A stretch of DNA of 64,000 nt from Bacillota bacterium. Its GTDB lineage: Bacteria > Bacillota > DTU025. The translations under genes and the position numbers were made by a program. Where the stretch lies: contig JBMNJT010000002.1 in the NCBI GenBank assembly GCA_050951805.1, positions 768,001 to 832,000 of the forward strand, read 5' to 3'. The notes under the pieces are model-generated. The model was not told the origin of the DNA and ran no database searches. It saw only the letters and a list, made by a program, of their open reading frames with translations. Of this stretch, positions 59,662 to 64,000 are shown piece after piece. Within the stretch, counting starts at the first letter, position 1; each line of letters begins with the position of its first letter.

Positions 59662-61335
59662 ATGGAGAGTTCGATAAGGGTAACCCTGCCGGACGGCAGC
59701 GAGCACAACGTGGCTTCAGGCATTTCTCTTGAGGAACTGGCGAAGATCATTCCCCATGGACTCCGCTGGCCTGTGATGGCTGCTAAGGTCGACAATAACC
59801 TTAAGGAACTGACGTATGTCCTTGACACGGACGCGCATGTGGAGTTTGTTGACATGGGCGATTCAGATGGCATGAGGGTGTACACCCGGACTGGAATCCT
59901 CGTGTTGGTGATGGCCGCCCGTGAAGTGCTCAAGGATTGCCGCGTAATCATACAGCATTCGCTCTCGAACGGCCTGTATGGCGAGATCAAATGGACAAGG
60001 CCGCTTACTGAGGCGCACGTTCGCGCGATTGAACAGCGGATGCGGGAGATTGTTGAGGCCGACAAGCCTATAAACAGAAAGCGTATGCTCGTGGAAGATG
60101 CCATAGAGCTATTCAGAGTAGATGGACAGATGGACAAGGCTCGGTTGCTTCGGTATCGGAAGGCCGACACGGTCAACATATACGAATGCGGTTGGCTAAG
60201 CGATTACCTATATGGGTACATGGCGCCTAGCACGGGATATTTCGGCACTTTCAGGCTTCGACATTATTTGCCAGGGTTTATCTTGGAACTGCCAAGAAGG
60301 AGCAACCCGCTGGAATTGCCCGAGTACGTTGAGCAGGGTAAGCTTGCCAATGTTTACTTTGAGGCGGAGAAATGGGGGCGGGTCCTTGGAGTAAACGATG
60401 TGGCATCCCTCAATGACGTGATCCGCGCGGGCAATATCGATGCTTTAATTCAAATCGTGGAGGCGCTCCACGAGAAAAAGGTTGCCCAGATTGCCGACGT
60501 TATTGCTCAGAACCGGGACAGGATAGCGGTAGTGCTCATTGCCGGCCCTTCATCCTCGGGAAAGACCACTTTCGCTCAACGCCTGTGGGTCCAGTTGAGA
60601 GTGAATGGGCTGAACCCTGTTCCACTCTCTCTCGACGACTACTTCGTCGATCGCGCGAATACCCCCGTCGATGAAGAGGGCGAATACGACTTCGAGACCA
60701 TAGAGGCAATCGATATTCCGTTGCTCAATGAGCACATTACCCGCCTGATTCAGGGCGAAGAGGTCGAAGTTCCTGTCTTTGATTTTATCGAAGGCAAGCG
60801 GTCCTCGAAGGGTCGTCCCATCAAACTTGGACAGGATCAGATGCTCATCATTGAGGGGATACACGGGCTCAACGATGAGTTGACTAGATCTATTCCGATG
60901 GGCCGAAAATTCAAGATATATGCATCGGCCCTTACTCATCTCAATATTGATGATCACAACCGGATACCAACGACTGATGTGAGGATCCTGAGGAGGCTGG
61001 TGAGGGACAATCTCTTCCGTGGGCACAGCGCGAAGGACACCATAAGGATGTGGCCTAAGGTTAGGGCTGGAGAGGAAAGGAACATTTTCCCTTTCCAAGA
61101 GACTGCCGATGTGATGTTCAATACGGCGTTAGCCTATGAGCTTGCGGTGTTGAAGCCATATGCCGATCCGCTGTTGGCCGCGATTGGACAGGAGGATCCC
61201 GAGTATATAGAGGCTAAGCGTTTGCGCAAGTTCCTTGCGTACATCCTTCCGGTAGAGAGGGCTGATATTCCTCCTAATTCCATCATGCGGGAGTTTCTTG
61301 GAGGGTCCTGTTTTGGAAGAATGCGTGACGCCTGA
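59662..61335 (+). CDS. Nucleoside/uridine kinase with ThrRS-like N-terminal domains
   Basis: TGS-like VTLPDGS, HSLSNGLY, IAGPSSSGKTT, LDDYF, EGIHGLN, RRLVRD. Confidence 0.88.
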   Translation: MESSIRVTLPDGSEHNVASGISLEELAKIIPHGLRWPVMAAKVDNNLKELTYVLDTDAHVEFVDMGDSDGMRVYTRTGILVLVMAAREVLKDCRVIIQHSLSNGLYGEIKWTRPLTEAHVRAIEQRMREIVEADKPINRKRMLVEDAIELFRVDGQMDKARLLRYRKADTVNIYECGWLSDYLYGYMAPSTGYFGTFRLRHYLPGFILELPRRSNPLELPEYVEQGKLANVYFEAEKWGRVLGVNDVASLNDVIRAGNIDALIQIVEALHEKKVAQIADVIAQNRDRIAVVLIAGPSSSGKTTFAQRLWVQLRVNGLNPVPLSLDDYFVDRANTPVDEEGEYDFETIEAIDIPLLNEHITRLIQGEEVEVPVFDFIEGKRSSKGRPIKLGQDQMLIIEGIHGLNDELTRSIPMGRKFKIYASALTHLNIDDHNRIPTTDVRILRRLVRDNLFRGHSAKDTIRMWPKVRAGEERNIFPFQETADVMFNTALAYELAVLKPYADPLLAAIGQEDPEYIEAKRLRKFLAYILPVERADIPPNSIMREFLGGSCFGRMRDA

Positions 61336-61439
61336 TGTAATGTTTTATTCTTCTGTAGGATCGTGGAAATGGATAAAGAAATGAGCAACCCTTCGTTAGG
61401 ACGAGGCTTGCGAGTAGACAACGAGAAGGTGCAGGTTGT

Positions 61440-62534
61440 ATGAGAATTGGCATAGTGGGCATGCCGGGAGCGGGGAAGACGACCCTATTTCGTCTCCTGA
61501 CCGGAGTTGCCCCGTCGCGCAAACAGGATGCGAGCATCGGGATGGCTCGAGTTCCGGATGCTCGTATCGATCTTTTGAGCAAGATGTATCAGCCTAAGAA
61601 GACTACTTATGCACAGCTAGAGGTAGTGGACTTGGCAGGAAGGGCATCATCTGGATCAACGTTCGACGACTTTAGCTCGAACAAACGTGGAATTGCACGG
61701 GGGTTAACACTGCTCATCAACCATATGAGGAATGTTGATGCTCTTGTAAACGTAGTCCGCACATTCGACTCCTTGGAGCTGGGAGAACCCAATCCCCTTG
61801 CAGATGCGTCGGCGCTGACCGACGAGCTAATCCTGGCTGACATGGCTATTGCAGAAGCCCGGATAGAGCGGTTGAATTCCTCAAGAAAGCGTACAGAAGA
61901 GGAAGATAAGGAATTGGCCCTCATGGAGCGATTGGACGAGGAGTTTGGCGCTGGGCGCAGCCTCAGGGATATCCAGCTCGAGCCGGAGGAAGCTGCGGGA
62001 CTTCGAGGATACGGACTGCTGTCGGTGAAGCCCATTGTGGTAGTTGCCAACATGAGTGAAGAGCAATTCAGAGAAGGAAAGTTTCCTCGAGACAGTCAAC
62101 TTCAAGAGTATTGTTGCGAACGAAGCATACCCCTGATCAGATTGGCGGCGGAGATAGAGGCGGAAATTGCGGAGCTCGATTCTGACGACAAAGATCTGTT
62201 CATGGCTGCTTACGGAATAGAGGTTAGCGGTATTGAGCAGGTATCGCGCGCAGTCTATGATAGCCTGGGACTTGTCTCTTTCTTCACTGTCGGTGAAGAT
62301 GAGGTTCGCGCGTGGCCGATTGAGAACGGGACCACAGCAAAGCGTGCGGCGGGGAAGATTCATTCCGACATTGAACGAGGTTTTATCCGGGCGGAAGTCG
62401 TTGCGTGTGACGACCTCATGTCAGCCGGATCTCTAGCCGATGCCAGATCAGCCGGGAGTGTGAGGCTTGAGGGCAAGGAATATGTGATGGCCGATGGCGA
62501 CATTGTCAACTTTCGTTTCAGCCCTGCCCACTAG
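61440..62534 (+). CDS. ychF: YchF-like ATPase (DUF933), divergent
   Basis: GIVGMPGAGKTT, VPDARID, DLAG, FFTVGEDEVRAW, AGKIHSDIERGFIRAEV, RLEGKEY..DGDIV.FRF. Confidence 0.8.
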   Translation: MRIGIVGMPGAGKTTLFRLLTGVAPSRKQDASIGMARVPDARIDLLSKMYQPKKTTYAQLEVVDLAGRASSGSTFDDFSSNKRGIARGLTLLINHMRNVDALVNVVRTFDSLELGEPNPLADASALTDELILADMAIAEARIERLNSSRKRTEEEDKELALMERLDEEFGAGRSLRDIQLEPEEAAGLRGYGLLSVKPIVVVANMSEEQFREGKFPRDSQLQEYCCERSIPLIRLAAEIEAEIAELDSDDKDLFMAAYGIEVSGIEQVSRAVYDSLGLVSFFTVGEDEVRAWPIENGTTAKRAAGKIHSDIERGFIRAEVVACDDLMSAGSLADARSAGSVRLEGKEYVMADGDIVNFRFSPAH

Positions 62535-62625
62535 CATACTGATGGTCCAACGAATACCTATGCCCCAGTCGCGGGATGATACGTATAGCGATACGTCCGT
62601 TATTCCATCGGAAGGGGGTGCGGGA

Positions 62626-62844
62626 TTGGTTCAACAGCAAGGGTTGACGCCTCGCGAGGTCTTGTATGCTCAAGACCAGCTCAGCAAGGAGCAGCTGTGT
62701 TTGAAGAAGTGTAGCATCTATTCGAACCAGATCCAAGATCCGCAGCTGAAGGGTAGCGTTCAGAGGATGATGGAGTCATGCCAACGCCATGTCAATGCCC
62801 TTTCGGGGCTTGTGGGTCAGTCAGGACAGATGCCAATGCAATGA
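62626..62844 (+). CDS. Small spore-coat-associated protein
   Basis: LTPREVLY.QDQL..EQLCLKKC..Y..QIQDPQLK......H...L; TTG after GGGGGTG. Confidence 0.65.
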   Translation: MVQQQGLTPREVLYAQDQLSKEQLCLKKCSIYSNQIQDPQLKGSVQRMMESCQRHVNALSGLVGQSGQMPMQ

Positions 62845-62879
62845 TCTTAGAATGGTCCGAAACCGAAAGGAGGAGAACT

Positions 62880-63113
62880 ATGGACCAGAACAGGCTGAGC
62901 GACAGGGATATTGCTGCTGATCTGTTGAGTGACCTCAAGGAGTTGGCGCTGGGATATCACATGGCTACAGTGGAGGCGTCAAACCAGAGCGTGCGCGAAA
63001 CCTTCAAGAACAGTCATGATGACTGGATGAATGAGCAACGCGGGCTCTGGCAGACTATGTATTCAAAAGGCTGGTATCAATTACCTCAGACCGGACCAGG
63101 CAAGGGAATGTAG
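62880..63113 (+). CDS. Coat F domain spore coat protein
   Basis: LSDRDIAADLLSDLK....Y..A..EASN..VR......M..KGWY; AAGGAGGAG RBS. Confidence 0.8.
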   Translation: MDQNRLSDRDIAADLLSDLKELALGYHMATVEASNQSVRETFKNSHDDWMNEQRGLWQTMYSKGWYQLPQTGPGKGM

Positions 63114-63186
63114 TCTCAATTTCAAGGCGGATTGAGTGTGACGGAATCGGGCTGCATTGATGTGTGCAGTATCTGAATATGTAAAT

Positions 63187-63212
63187 GGCGGCCGGAGAAG
63201 TATCCGGCCGCC
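63187..63212 (+). terminator. Hairpin that is the probable group IIC target site
   Basis: GGCGGCCGGA-GAAGTA-TCCGGCCGCC, ending 5 nt before the intron 5' end. Confidence 0.7.
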
Positions 63213-63217
63213 GATTC

Positions 63218-64000
63218 GTTCGCCCGGCATGTTTGTTGAGCCGATGGACTGAAAGAAGTCCTGTCACCTAACCAGCGGGAAGACAACCCCAAGGCAAGGG
63301 CGTCGCTGAAAGCGGCGGGGTCTGAAGGAAGCTTTAAGGGGGAACACGGAACGTAGCGAAAGCGAACCGAAGTTGGCCTGTCAGGTGGGTAACCTTGCGA
63401 AGTATGGGAAAGCCCGAAAGCTGGATAACCTGGGGGGTTAGGACGGACGGGTTCGTGTTCAGGCAGACAAACTTAACCGGGGAAGCCCTGCATCATCCAG
63501 ATAGCTGGTAAGCCCAAACAAGCGGAGACGCAAGGATGGGAATATGTGGTGTGGGGTGGCAGATGAGTCCGTAGTAGTTATGAACCCTCAGCCCATGAAA
63601 GCTGGCAACAGACCGGAGGATAAAACTGAGGGGACAGCGGCCGGGAGCTGCTGGGCTGCATAGGCCAAAAGCCTGTGCAGTTGCGAAGGGACGAAGGCAA
63701 ACCAAAGCGTGCAACCTAGTTACAGGCAAGCATGGGAGAGAGATAACAGAGGCTGAAATGCCGATGGGAACGGGGGAGCCGGGGGCGACGAGTCTGCTGG
63801 TCCCTGCGCCCGCTCAGCAGAGTATCAAAGTTTCGCGGGGTAGATTGCCTTAGAGCTAGAGACGCCTCGCAAGCCTTGGGAAGAAACTGCAACCATGCAA
63901 GCTTGATGGCCAAGGAAGCACGGCGAGATGAAGGAGCTAATTGATGAAACACTACAGCTTGATCGATAAGGTTTACCGGATGGATAACCTTAGAGCTGCA
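63218..64000 (+). mobile_element. Group II intron, class IIC; 5' part only, continues beyond the window
   Basis: GTTCGCCCGGCATG start after a hairpin; CAAGGGCGTC...TCTGAAGGAAGC, CTTAACCGGGGAAGCCCTG, GGCAGATGAGTCCGTAGTAG. Confidence 0.88.
63944..64000 (+). CDS. ltrA: Group II intron reverse transcriptase/maturase, N-terminus (truncated)
   Basis: AAGGAG RBS then MKHYSLIDKVYRMDNLRAA, a typical intron RT start. Confidence 0.75.
   Translation, partial: MKHYSLIDKVYRMDNLRAA

Overview
This is a chromosomal window from a moderately GC-rich, probably spore-forming Bacillota (Firmicute), possibly a diderm lineage (inference). Most of it is housekeeping: ndoAI-ndoA toxin-antitoxin, tsaEBD/rimI, hpt, a GATase-less guaA, tldD/pmbA, gltX-pcrA-ligA-gatCAB, pepF, pepT, pullulanase, a Na/Pi cotransporter, two OBG-family NTPases and spore-coat genes. 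Less ordinary elements: (1) a module of a hypothetical protein, an unannotated 30-aa secreted peptide and a membrane HD-GYP phosphodiesterase, a candidate peptide-signalling system acting on c-di-GMP; (2) an operon of an exported AMMECR1 protein, a thioester alpha-2-macroglobulin and a VanW protein, with no pbpC; (3) an ORF-less group IIC intron-like RNA after the gatB hairpin, with the same insertion geometry as a group IIC intron that starts at the right edge; (4) an HspR/MerR-led dnaK-hsp20-grpE-dnaJ-clpB operon; (5) a NiCo-like riboswitch before a CDF exporter; (6) a small islet with a GNAT pseudogene after guaA. No rRNA, tRNA or CRISPR array was seen. All calls come from reading motifs by eye; no database searches were run.
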